Positions 28,522 to 40,424 are shown, numbered from the stretch's first letter. The stretch is DNA of 64,000 bases from Octopus sinensis (GCF_006345805.1 NC_042998.1:37510001-37574000), one strand, 5' to 3'. Made by a program: numbers and translations. The notes: generated from the sequence alone by a model not told the origin.

Positions 28522-28745
28522 GTTACCGTATAATGTTAGTTATACAGATAAACATAGTTTTTCATGGTGCACTGTAAAGTAAGGATGAAGTCCATTGTCA
28601 AAATTGGGGGAAGCTAAGACTTATTAGACAAAAACGGTGAAACTATAACAAATTGGCTAGACCCTGGCAAACATATGCAGAGATAATGGTACGCCCTGGT
28701 TTTTTTAGTCAAAGTTGTTCAATTGGATTCTAGAAGCTGTGATTA

Positions 28746-29070
28746 AGTGAGGCGCGTGGCTTAGTGGTTAGGGCATTCGGCTCATGATCGTAAGGTTGTG
28801 AGTTCGATTCCCGGCGACGCGTTGTGTCCTTGAGCAAGACACTTTATTTCACGTTGCTCCAGTCCACTCAGCTGGCAAAAATGAGTTGTACTTGTATTTC
28901 AAAGGGTCAGCCTTGTCACTCTCTGTGTCACGCTGATTATCCCCGAGAACTACGTTAAGGGTACACGTGTCTGTGGAATGCTCAGCCATTTGCACGTTAA
29001 TTTCACGAGCAAGCTGTTCCGTTGATCGTATCAGCTGGGACCCTCGTCGTCGTAACCGGCGGAGTCTTTA
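28746..29070 (+). mobile_element. Full-length tRNA/CORE-type SINE with 14-bp TSD
   Basis: A box tggcttagtgg, B box gagttcgattc, CORE-like tgtgtccttgagcaagacact. TSD AGAAGCTGTGATTA at 28732-28745 and 29071-29084. Confidence 0.9.
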
Positions 29071-29804
29071 AGAAGCTGTGATTACCACTTTAGTTTATTC
29101 ACTTTGTGCTTTGTGTTAGGCATTTATGGATTTATTTATTATGCTCCAGGATCCCGCCAGAACTTTTGTCGGATTTAAAATAATTTCTGTGCCACATATG
29201 GGTGAGTACAAAATATTTCTTAAGTTATGTCATGTTACAATATTTATGCGAATTTTGAACCCTGCATTCGTGGCAGGTTGTATAGTAATTTTGCTAACTA
29301 TTTTCTGTTAAGATAATGTTAAAATTTGTATAAAGAGCTAAAGGGTGTATGAATTAATTTTTCATGTAGCCAAATTTTTGTATTAGACAATTAATTGTAA
29401 ATTCTGTTTAATGGTTACTAAGCAGGCTTATATGAAGCAGTTTTGTGTGAATTTAAAGCAAACTAGCTTTTTGTTTGAGTATTTAATTCTTTTACTGTAA
29501 TAATTGATGTAGTCTGGCAGCTGTTTTGTATCATGGACTTTTAGTTTAAATGGTTGCTTTGACATTAGATTTAATTATATGTTAACTTTTTAAATATTTT
29601 GACTGCACACCTGGTATAGCATTTGCTTTTTGTTCGTATATATATTTGTTTTTTTTTTTGTAAGCTGGTTTTTTTTTTATGTTGGCTATTAATATTTTAG
29701 AAAAACTTCATGGTGTGTTGTTGTTTTGGGTTCACCCTATCGTCGTTGATTCTGTAAATTCGGGTTATGGCCACCAGTCGTAACAGTGTGTGTGTGTGCA
29801 TTCT

Positions 29805-29952
29805 CTTATTCTTTTCAGCCCAAGGGCTGTGGTCATGCTGGAGCAACGCCAGTAATCGAGTTCGATGGAATTTGAACTTTCAACTTAAAGACGTACAGAA
29901 TACCGTAAAGCATTTTAACCGGCGTGCTAACGATTTTACCAGCTCGCCTTAT
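29805..29952. mobile_element. SINE fragments (family A head on the minus strand plus a gccatgctggagc-type fragment)
   Basis: ggaatttgaact...gcattttaaccggcgtgctaacgattttaccagctcgcc; the gtggtcatgctggagca block recurs at about 61870. Confidence 0.6.
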
Positions 29953-30505
29953 GCAGACGACCAGAGAGAGAGGGAGAAATAATAAATATATATATATATA
30001 TTTGTATGTATATATGTATCCCTATAATGTATATGTGTGTGTGTGTGTGTGCTATTGTGTATGTATATATCGATATTCATATATGACTATATATATGTGT
30101 GTGTGTGTATACAGATATATGTAGATAGAAACTCGCCGATATTGAAAGTTGTCTATTTATCATAGCAATCAAATATTCCTATTTTGTTATATAGTCACAA
30201 AAAGTATCGATTGAAATTGATGTCATTGGATGTCTTCGAATTTCTCAATTGCACATATAGGGGGAAATTGTTTCTGTTAAATATCTAAGTAAACCAGGAG
30301 AAATGTTATTCATTATATTAGGAAATTATTTTGAGAAATAATAGAAATATACATGACAGCTCATCAAGCAAAATCTGATTGTGTGATCTAAGGGTGCGCG
30401 TACACGGTGATTCCAGATCGTAGATTTAGGAATCATGCTGCTGTGACATCATTCTTTACCGTATCATAAGTAAAAGAGAACAAATTGGAAATGTGTACGT
30501 TTTCC

Positions 30506-30776
30506 GGTACTACTTCAGAAGAGTGGTCCCGGTGCGCGCATCGCGTATTCGCGCATCCTCATTAGCTAGTCGTGACTAGTCGATCCTACAACGACTACTT
30601 AGCAAAGCAAATAAAACATAAAATAAATATTTTTTTTTACACAAAGTAAATAATTTTTTTAAAACAAAGTAAATAAAACAAAAGCACAAAGTAAGGAGCG
30701 ACTAGTCACGACTAGCTAGCGCGGATGCGCGAGTACGCGAGTGCGCGCACCGGGAGCACTCTTCTTAAGTAGTACC
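30506..30776. mobile_element. MITE with ~82-bp terminal inverted repeats
   Basis: Left arm 30506-30587 (ggtactacttcagaagagtggtcccggtgcgcgc...) is the reverse complement of 30694-30776 with few mismatches. A-rich spacer; TA (or GTAC) duplication at the ends. Confidence 0.85.
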
Positions 30777-31090
30777 CATTTTCCTCGATCCGTATTATTT
30801 TCACACATTTCTTTAGAAAATTGAATTAGTGAAACCTTTGCCAAATTTATCGCTGTTTCTTTTATATACAACCAAAAGCAGAACAATATTCTCCTAGTTT
30901 CAGCTTATTCTTCATAATAATCCAAACTACAAAATGAATTGTGTGGGAAATAGCGTATAATGAATGGCAGATAATGGCTTTCGATGCATTTTCAGTTTGG
31001 AGTAGAGAAAACAATGGCAATAATCAATGACAGCTGCAATAGTCATAATGAGCAGCGTTCAATTTGTTATCCTTAATGGCATAATCATTA

Positions 31091-31299
31091 CAGAACGTAA
31101 CGGCAGACGAAATACCGGGCGAAATGCTTAGCGGTATTTCGTCTGCCGTTACGTTCTGAGTTCAAATACCGCCGAGGGCGACTTTGCCTTTCATCCTTTC
31201 GGGGTCGATAAATTAAGTACCAGTTACGCACTGGGTCCGATATAATCGACTTAATCCGTTTGTCTGTTCTTGTTTGTCCTCTCTGTGTTTAGCCCCTTG
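31091..31299 (+). mobile_element. SINE family A with an inverted 5' segment
   Basis: Body matches family A; 31091-31117 is the perfect reverse complement of 31132-31158. Confidence 0.85.
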
Positions 31300-31815
31300 C
31301 ATTACAGCGGTGGAAGGAAGAATGTCGAGAAAGAGAAGGGTAAGGGTTTCACATGTTGGTAGTTCTAATTCACAAGTCAAGTGAAATAAACAAATAAATC
31401 CAAAGAATTTAAGGACAATCTGCATATGCAAAATCTTAGTCAATACGCAAAATCGCTAGTTGAGTTACGTACGTTTGTTCTCACTGAAGAATGCTGAATC
31501 GGTCGTTTTCAACCTCAACATTCACTTCGCAGTGAGAAAGCCTAAATAACAAAATAATTTAGGCCTTGAAAAACATGGCACATCCGACAGAAAAAAAATC
31601 AAGCAGAGAAAGAGTGAGACTGGAACGTACGGAGAATGGATAACAAAAAACGAAACCTGCAGCTGAAGGACAAAGAAAATTTGCAAAATAACAAGAACAA
31701 AAATTACAGCAAAGAGAATGTAAGAAGTGCGTCGAAAAGAGAAAGGAAAACGAAGAAAATTCCATAGCAAAATATTCATTTTAAGTTACACATAATATTC
31801 ATTATTATCTAACTT

Positions 31816-32220
31816 ATTGCTCATAAGGGGCTAAACACAGAGCGGACAAACAAGGACAGACAAAGGGATTATGTCGATTACATCGACCCCAGTGCAAAAA
31901 TGGTACTTTATTTATCGACCCTCGAAAGAATGAAAGGCAAAGTCGACCTCGGCAGAATTTGAACTCAGAAGGTAATGACAGACGAAATACCTAATTGTTT
32001 ACTACCCACAAGGGGTTAAGCACAGAGAGGACAAACAAGGACAAACAGATTAAGTCGATTATATCGACCGCAGTGCGTAACTGGTACTTATTTAATCGAC
32101 CCCGAAAGGATGAAAGGCAAAATCGACCTCGGCTGAATTTGAACTCAGAACATAAAGACAGACGAAATAGGGCTAAGCATTTCGCCCGGCGTGCTAACGT
32201 GCCTGCCAACTCGCCGCCTT
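31816..32220 (-). mobile_element. SINE family A, one head plus two 180-bp tandem body units
   Basis: gacgaaata recurs at 31981 and 32161; the head ggcggcgagttggcagg is present once. Confidence 0.85.
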
Positions 32221-32624
32221 CACTCACACAGATGTATAGGTAAGAGTGTGTGTAGGGGATAGGTTAGCGTATGTATGTACACAGATGTATATATTGTTTA
32301 TTGAATATATATATTTACACGGATTTCATTACTGAGTAGTAATTTCCGTCGAATCTGACTTCTCTCTAGAATACAAATCTTGCATAACGTATCTCTTCAC
32401 TAATGAAATAGGGATACGAATATATTGAATAGATGTACAAATACATCTCGCCTGGTAGTTGCGTTGAATGTTTGTGTGTGGTTTTGTGTACGGGATTATG
32501 TTTACCTATGCATATATACGTATGTATACAGACATACATATTTATACTTATATACATATACAAAAATACACACACACGTACATGTATATATATATTATAG
32601 AGATGTACTTGCATAGCAATTGAC

Positions 32625-32800
32625 CTAATCTGAGATCGTGTGCTGTAACGAAAACAATTGCAGCGTGGAAGGTGTTTATGAGCCATTTAAGAAACACACA
32701 CAAACCGTTAGATTCACTTCAACATTTAAATTTAATTCGTCAAAATATTTTCGTCGCTTTGAGACCGCGACCTATTCACTGATAAAACTTCGTGCTGCAT
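32625..32800 (-). mobile_element. Short interspersed repeat with hammerhead-like motif (probable Penelope-derived)
   Basis: Minus strand tca-GTGAATA-g-gtcgc/gcgac-GAAA-atatt-t-tga at 32782-32740. Family identity is inferred. Confidence 0.45.
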
Positions 32801-33531
32801 ACATACATAGATGCTAGAAACATATGTATGTCTGGATTTATATATATATGTATAAGTGTGTGTGTATTGTTCCCTTTTCTAGTTTTAGCACGAGAGCTGC
32901 GGTGCCACCGTTTGCATTCTTTCTTTTTCACAAGTTCTTCCCTGATGTGTGGCATTTCGTGAATGATGGAGTTTGATGTTGCTGTCCTCGTGTGCGTTTC
33001 TTGTCACGAGGTCAGAGCATCCAGATCTCTTGACAGGAGGATATCAACTTTTCTTTCGAAGACGCTTACATAACGGTAGGGTGAAGACACTTTTGTGTTG
33101 GTCATTCAGTGTTTTATTTATCCTCGTTGGGCTTTCGTGAAGGAACCGTCTTTTTGGACGAGTGACCCTACCTTGCAACACACACCTGCAGTTTTCTCGG
33201 AGTACTTAGAGAAGGCTTTATGGCTTAATTAAAATTTTTATAACCAAGGCTTCTTTGTCTGCACATTCATTTTTCATGGAAGCATTTCAGATGTTTCTTC
33301 ATTGTCTTAGGCACTTTACTGCTCTTAATGTTTTGTGTTTACGTATAATCTCCTTGAGTTTGGCGTCCCTATGGAGTATTGGTAGATTTTGGACGACATA
33401 TATAGTATCACATTTAATATTTTATGGCTCGGTCGGGTATAATATCTTTCAATGTTGATTGAGTTTTAGGTGGTTCTGTCTCTAAAACTACTTTTGTGTA
33501 GTATAGATATATATATTATATGTATAAAGAA

Positions 33532-34114
33532 TCCGGGGTAGAGGTAGACCCAGGAAGACATGGGACGAGGTGGTCAAGCATGACCTTCGTACTCTGAGTC
33601 TCACAGAGGCTATGACGAAAGACCGAGACCTCTGGAGATATGCTGTGACTGTGAAGACCCGACAAATGAAGTGAGTTCACGGCTCACAGGACGGCCTGCT
33701 GTGCTAACCTTGGATCGTAGAGTGACTCGCTGTTCTTGAGGAGACCTATTGAGTCAGATATATCAACATCAAAATAAAAATTCAAATGGAAATTGTAGTT
33801 AAGACACCCGGGCCGGTGATACGTAAAAAGCACCGTCCGAACGTGGTAGATGCCAGCACCGCCTGGCTGGTGTCCATGACGGTGACCCGTAAAAGCACCA
33901 ACCGATCGTGGACGTTTGCCAACCTGCTCTGGCCCCTGTGCCGGTGGAACGTAAAAACACCCACTACATTCACGGAGTGGTTGGCGTTAGGAAGGGTATC
34001 CAGCCGTAGAAACACTGCCAAATCAGACTAGAGCCTGGTGCAGCCTCCATGGCTTCCAGACCTCGGTCGAACCGTCCAACCCATGCTAGCTGGAAAATGG
34101 ACGTTAAATGATGA

Positions 34115-34118
<4 letters not shown>
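33532..34118 (+). mobile_element. 5'-truncated RTE-clade LINE (RT C-terminus plus 3' UTR)
   Basis: RGRGRPRKTWDEVVKHDLRTLSLTEAMTKDRDLWRYAV is a typical RTE C-terminal motif; the 3' UTR ends in (TGA)n. Confidence 0.85.
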
Positions 34119-34160
<42 letters not shown>

Positions 34161-34390
34161 TATATATATAATATATATTTTTATGTCACAATTAGTTGGT
34201 TGTCATAATAAACCGAACCAACTGTCACATGTATTTATAAATTCTCCTATTTTACATAATATCGAGGTCTCATTCATTCTTTTGTTGCCATATTATTATT
34301 AATATATATGTATATACATACATATATATATATATATATTCACACAGATGCATATGCCATCGCAGTAATGTAAGTGTGTGTGTGTATATA

Positions 34391-34427
<37 letters not shown>

Positions 34428-35284
34428 GTATATATATGCTCATCTATATAAGCAGATATTTGTTAATATTATCATTGCATTTAATTACATACACGCATAA
34501 GTATGTTTATACATGTGTGCACATATAATCATTTGTACGTAAGTCTGAATTATTATCGCTTCCCCGGTGGTGAAATGCTACAATTGAATTCACACAAGCG
34601 TTTACAATGTTATTCCAGTTACCCTTGTTATATTTCCGTGATACTAATAAATAGTGATGTTTATTTGGGGAAAACTTGAGCAATTTCAGAAACAGATGTT
34701 CCCTTGCCTGTAGTCACGGAATCTTTTTGTTTCAGTCATGTTCTCACATGCTAATGCGCAGTCTACAAAAGACATGCCAGTTTTCAAAAACTAAAGCAAA
34801 CGTGCAATGCATTATATTTGCCGAATTTTCAAAATGATGTCTATTTATATGGAATGGCTGAACACACTGGTGGAATACCCGGCGACTAATCAAGAAGTGG
34901 AAAGAAGAAAGTTATTCTAGACTATTTCTAGTGAGAGGTAGCATTTACACTTCTGGGAAACACGGTTTGATCGATATCGAATTGCCTTCATCCAATAACT
35001 CCAGTGAAAAGAATACGCTACTGAAAATGATGAATGAGTGCTCTATAATGAAGATGCGAAATGCAAGTCGTTCAACAATTTATATTCGTGGATATTCAAA
35101 TGTTGAATCAATAGAAATAATCTTGTGACGCTTTATGCTTGCGGTTGGAATTCCATCTTCAGGCACTCATACACACACACACATGCACGCACATATAACG
35201 AGGGAGACATACATACACAATCATGTATATTCATACACGCACAAATACAAATGTTTGTATGCATGAGTGTATATATATATATAT

Positions 35285-35320
<36 letters not shown>

Positions 35321-35336
35321 CATATATATATACACA

Positions 35337-35390
<54 letters not shown>

Positions 35391-35393
<3 letters not shown>

Positions 35394-35606
35394 TAGCTAT
35401 TATGTTAAAGTGTCGTATGTCCAAATGTGGCCAAAGGCCAGTTCTTTTGGTCAAACTATCGTATCTCCAGCTGTTTCAGATGCCAATATATCAAAAGTTG
35501 TCAAAGTGTAGTACAACGGTTTTGCTATGGAATGGTGAAACTATCTTTTTGTTTTCTGAAAAAAGTAACGTTTTCGACTTACGACACTGTTGCATAATAG
35601 CAACGA
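35391..35606. mobile_element. Small MITE, ~35-bp imperfect TIRs, TA-flanked
   Basis: tcgtagctattatgttaaagtgtcgtatgtccaaa versus right-end reverse complement tcgttgctattatgcaacagtgtcgtaagtcgaaaa; TATA on both flanks. Confidence 0.7.
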
Positions 35607-35626
35607 TATATAAACACGCACAACAC

Positions 35627-35671
<45 letters not shown>

Positions 35672-37050
35672 TCATAAGGTCTGGTGTTCAAATTGTAGAT
35701 TGCGAAGCACGCTACTTCATGTTGTTACAGTTTAGTAAAATTGTGTCCCTGGAATCTTCCAGCTGTCTCTTCGATATTATTCTTGATATCAGTAATAGAT
35801 AGGAATGATCTAAGAAAAGAACACACACGCATGTAGGCGTGTGTGTATATATGTATGTGCTTGTATGTGTGTGTATGTATATAAAGAAGCATGTATACCT
35901 ATGTATACCTCATATCATAAAACACACATGCAGACACACACATATATGTAAGTATTATTTCATATTATGTTGAATATGTATGTATATATATATACAAACC
36001 GGGAAGCGAGAGCGGTATAAAGTTTGGCAAATACTAGATAAGGTTTTCAGTAATATAAAACCAACGGCAAATGGGACCAGACTAATATTTTAAGTATATG
36101 AAGTATGTGAGTTTTCAGAATGAAATAAAGGCCTGCTCTGATAGAAACGATGAGAAGAAGGGCTATGTATGGTGAATAAGAAATTTATTGATTCTGGAAG
36201 ATAGCAATTGCTGAACATAATCGGAGAAAGAAAGTATGTTTAGGTGTATAAACGGAATATAATAAAGTAGTTTTGAGATATCGGAATGACATGAATAGAC
36301 CGCAGGATTATTAGTTTGGCTGCCTTCGTCTCTTTTGTTCCGAGGATTTCATTTTCATATTAAATATATCCGCAATATTATACGGAAAATTATTATGAAT
36401 CCTTTTTTTTTAAAGAGATTTGTTTTCTTTGCTATGTACGTATCCGTACTTGTATAAATGTCAGAAAAATGGTAATATAATGAAACATAATCGAAAATAC
36501 TTCTACAGAAAGAAACCATAGACCTGTTTAAAACATCCACGAAATCGGATCAATATTAAATGGATATTATGAATATTGGCAGCATTTAACGAGCGATTGA
36601 GTGATACTTTAGATTTAGTTTCGTGGTCAACTACACAACAGGTCCTTCTTGATCGGCACTTAGGCTAGATTCGAAAATATTTTGGTTAATATACTCTGTT
36701 AATATACAGGGCCAAGGTTAGTTTCTGTTTTTTTTTCTCGTCAATCATATTTGTTTCAAGTAATATAGATATTGCCATATTAACCATCACCCGAAACATG
36801 TAATAACCACCAGTGTCCAGAGGAATTTGTCGATGAAATCTTTAAGAACACTGATTTAAAATATATTAGTTGCACAATTATGCATCTTCATTCCAGCTCC
36901 AAGCCAACAGGAGCACACGGAAATAAAAGTGTAATTAAATAAAGCACGTTAAGTGTAATCCTATAAGAATTTATTCGCCGTCCTAACATAACAGCCAAAT
37001 CTCTCTCATAGCAAATTCCTTCGTACTAAATAGAGAACTCAGTTTTATAT

Positions 37051-37166
37051 TTAAGAGATGAGGAATTATGTACATTATTTACATTTGATGGGCATATGGC
37101 GTAGTGGTTAAGAGCGCGGGCTACTAACCATAAGATTCCAAGTTCGATTCCAGGCAGTGACCTGAA

Positions 37167-37197
<31 letters not shown>

Positions 37198-37344
37198 AAT
37201 AATGATATCGAAAAATACCATAGGAATGAGAATACAGGTTCGAAATTTCCACAAGACACCTGATGAAGGCTGGAGGGTATACCAGCCGAAACGTGTTATC
37301 ACCACCAAGATGAGTACAAATGTCCGTCAAATGTAAATAATGTA
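37051..37344 (+). mobile_element. tRNA-headed element with (AAT)n spacer and hammerhead-bearing Penelope-like tail
   Basis: Head ggcatatggcgtagtggttaag...gttcgattcc (37090-37150); CTGATGA/ggctgg-ccagcc/GAAAC at 37260-37292; 18-bp inverted repeat 37071-37088 / 37327-37344. Confidence 0.75.
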
Positions 37345-39324
37345 AACAATGTAAATAGAGATTTGCAACTTGGATAATGTGGTCCTTTTTATACTGCGTC
37401 TAAAACTCAGCCGCTAAATCATGTGGAACCAAACAACTACACCAACATCGTCAGTTTTATGTTGATTTTACTGTTGAGGAAGTCAAACTCTAAGTATAGC
37501 ATATTTTTTATTTGGATTCGATCCTTAATTTACATTATTTAATTAGGCAATGGATATTCTGTGATAATTTTTTTTACTACTTCGTATCACTTACTTGGTT
37601 CCAAATGAAATGTTTTAATGAAAATTCTCTTGCATATTACAATATTTTTTATAAAAATTGATATTAGTTAATCACCTTAGGGAATTAATGATAAACGATT
37701 TTAGTGAAGCATTTTCAATCTGCTGCACGTTAAATATTTCTGTATTGAAAGTTGAACATCATGCTCTGTCGCTCATTCACTTTAATTGTAAGACGAGAAC
37801 CTAAAACAGCGACAAGATTTTAATTTACCCAAAACTAAAAAATAAACGATACATCTTTCACAATCATTAACGAAATATTGCGCAGGAATGGACAAATTTT
37901 TTGTTGAACTGTTGCAAGTTTTCAATTAATTATTGTGTATATGTATGTTTATATATTGCAGAAAATTTCCGTTTATCTTTTATCATATTCTACCGCCATC
38001 TAAAAAGCATTCTAGAACTAAAATAAGCCTCCGTATTTCGTAGGAACTTTATATTTTTGAACTTTAAAGAAGTAGACTCATGTACGAATGTACAAGTTGA
38101 TCTTAGACGATACGGCTTACAGTTTCATACCGGAGGGATATTTGTCCGACGCTTAAATGATTATGCTCTAATGGGGTGTTTTATTTTTGTTACACGATCG
38201 ACTTGCTAATCTAGAACGATATCCAAATACTGGATATGCTTACATTAATGCCTCTTCCTTAAATTATGATCGAACATCATGCAAGCTACTGTTAAGATAT
38301 CCTCGTTCATCATTTCTCGCACGATTCGACCTTCTACATGTGCCAGCCAAATCTTCATCAGTAAACTTATATAATCAAAGATGCATTAACTACTCGTGTG
38401 TCTGTGTGCGTTTGTGCATGTGTGTAATATAATATAAATAGTGAAAAACAGTGCAATCACAGCTGAAATGTTATTAATAAGATTTCAACTGTGACTGCGA
38501 CGGACGTGTGAGTAAAGAACAGCTATTATTTTCTATAAACCGGTCCAATTGTCTCTGTTTGTTTCCTTAAAATATGCGGTGCAAACAGAGGCAATGGTTT
38601 TCTGCTCTACACTATTATGTGAAGCACCTGTAATCACATGTTGGATTGTTTGACACAAAAACATATTTAATGTATTCATATCGACTCCCGTAACACATTT
38701 TAGAAAATCGCTATATAATTGAGGTTTACGTTAGTCTGTTTCTTTTTTATTTCTTTTACATACTGTAAGAAGTGCATATAGGTCACATGTTAACTGCAGT
38801 GTCTTTATCATGAAATGCAATAGAATTGCTGCCGAATCCAAGATAATTTTCTCAGAACCCCGTTTCATGTTATCTACATGCAGATGTAATGAGGCGCTGA
38901 CCAAGCATTAAAACATAGAATAAAACCGAGAAAGTATAAAAATAACGGATGTGGTGTTGCTGAAATATTCCATTCGCTCAATCATTTTAGTGAACTACAT
39001 TTATTAGAACAAAAAGAATATTTATTTTGTATCTTTTTGTATGCAATTCACACTCACATAGAACAAAATGAGCACCTATGTTGTTGTAATTATATAGAGG
39101 AAATGCATGAAAATTTTGAATTCCTTATATTTTCTGGGCTGGAAAGCGCTAATCAGACCAAAATGTATAAAACTTTTCAAATATATAATCTCATTTTAGG
39201 AATATGTAGAGAAGTTGACAGAAATTCTACAGCCAAAACTAGTTCTCAAGTACAGTAGATCAACTTATATAGATATGTTCTACGTTTCCTTATGATAATA
39301 CAAAATAAGTCGGTGAAGTTTTCA

Positions 39325-40130
39325 GAGTCGTTGGCACCCTGGAAAATTGCTTAGCAGTATTTTGTCCGACTTTACGCTCTGAGTTCAAATGCTGCCGAAG
39401 ATACCTTCACTATTTATCCTTTCGGAGTCAATGAAATAAATATCAGTTGAGCATTGAGATCGATGTAATCGATTAGCCTCTTAGCACCAAAACATTCAGA
39501 CCTTGCACCTTCAGTAGAAAGAATTTTTGTAATACAAATTCTAATAATATTGGTTTTAAATGCTGACATAACGCCAACACATTTTGGGGAGGAAATACGG
39601 CAATAAAATGGAGTTTGGTGTTCAGCCGGTACTTATTTTTAACGACCTCTAAATGGATGAAGGGCAAATTCGACCACAGCGGAATTTGAACTCAGAGCGT
39701 AAAGATGAACGAAATTCCATTATTTGTCGCTGGACTCTACCAGCTCGGAACTTAACTTGGAGGAATATTGTTTCCAAATTTTAGGACAAGCAATTTCTGA
39801 GGAGGGAATACGTTGATTACAGCGACCTCACTGCTCAACTGGTACTTATTTTATTGATCTCCACCAGAACGAAAAGCAAAGTAGACCTCGGAGGAGTTAA
39901 AACTCAGAACGTAATAAGACACAAATGCTGCTAAGGATTTCTTCCAGCGTTCTAAAGATTTTGCTAGTTCACCGCCTTATCTCCTAGTGATATTACACAT
40001 GATTTTAAGGCGGCAGAATCATGGACATGCCAAACAAGATAGAGTAAGTACCAGTTGAGCACTATTGTCAATGTAACCGACTTACTGGTGCCCTCAAATT
40101 GCTGGCCCTGCGCCGATCCTTGAATCCAAT
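39325..40130. mobile_element. Cluster of four degenerate SINE A copies (+,-,-,+)
   Basis: Family A blocks at about 39325-39500 (+), 39540-39750 (-), 39775-39980 (-) and 40005-40130 (+). Confidence 0.7.
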
Positions 40131-40395
40131 GATTTTATATTTTGACTGATAAACATATTAAAACGTTACCACGCAAGGAATTCGCCCAATATTTGTCCAA
40201 AATTTAATCATATTAGAAAGGGTTCTGTTTTCATTAATTGGTACGTATATACACACACACATGCACACATACAAACACACACAGAGACATATATACATAT
40301 ACTGACAGATATGATGTTAACAGGAAAAATAAAACTCAATATTAGTGCATGCATACTTTTTACAAATATCTAGGGGAAGCAACAGCTACGCGCAG

Positions 40396-40424
<29 letters not shown>

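Noticed and set aside
28750-28820. tRNA-like sequences (also 37090, 45625, 46040)
   Set aside because: They have A/B boxes but no closed acceptor stem and run into SINE bodies, so they are SINE heads rather than tRNA genes.
32890-33460. Complex, repeat-like segment possibly of retroelement origin
   Set aside because: No diagnostic protein motif could be read in any frame; left unclassified.
38255-38305. Minus-strand CTGATGA followed by a weak stem
   Set aside because: GAAT instead of GAAA and no stem I partner; not a hammerhead.
38455-38463. miR-2-family seed ATCACAG in the 38453 hairpin
   Set aside because: It lies on the 5' arm and the rest does not resemble miR-2, whose mature strand is 3p.
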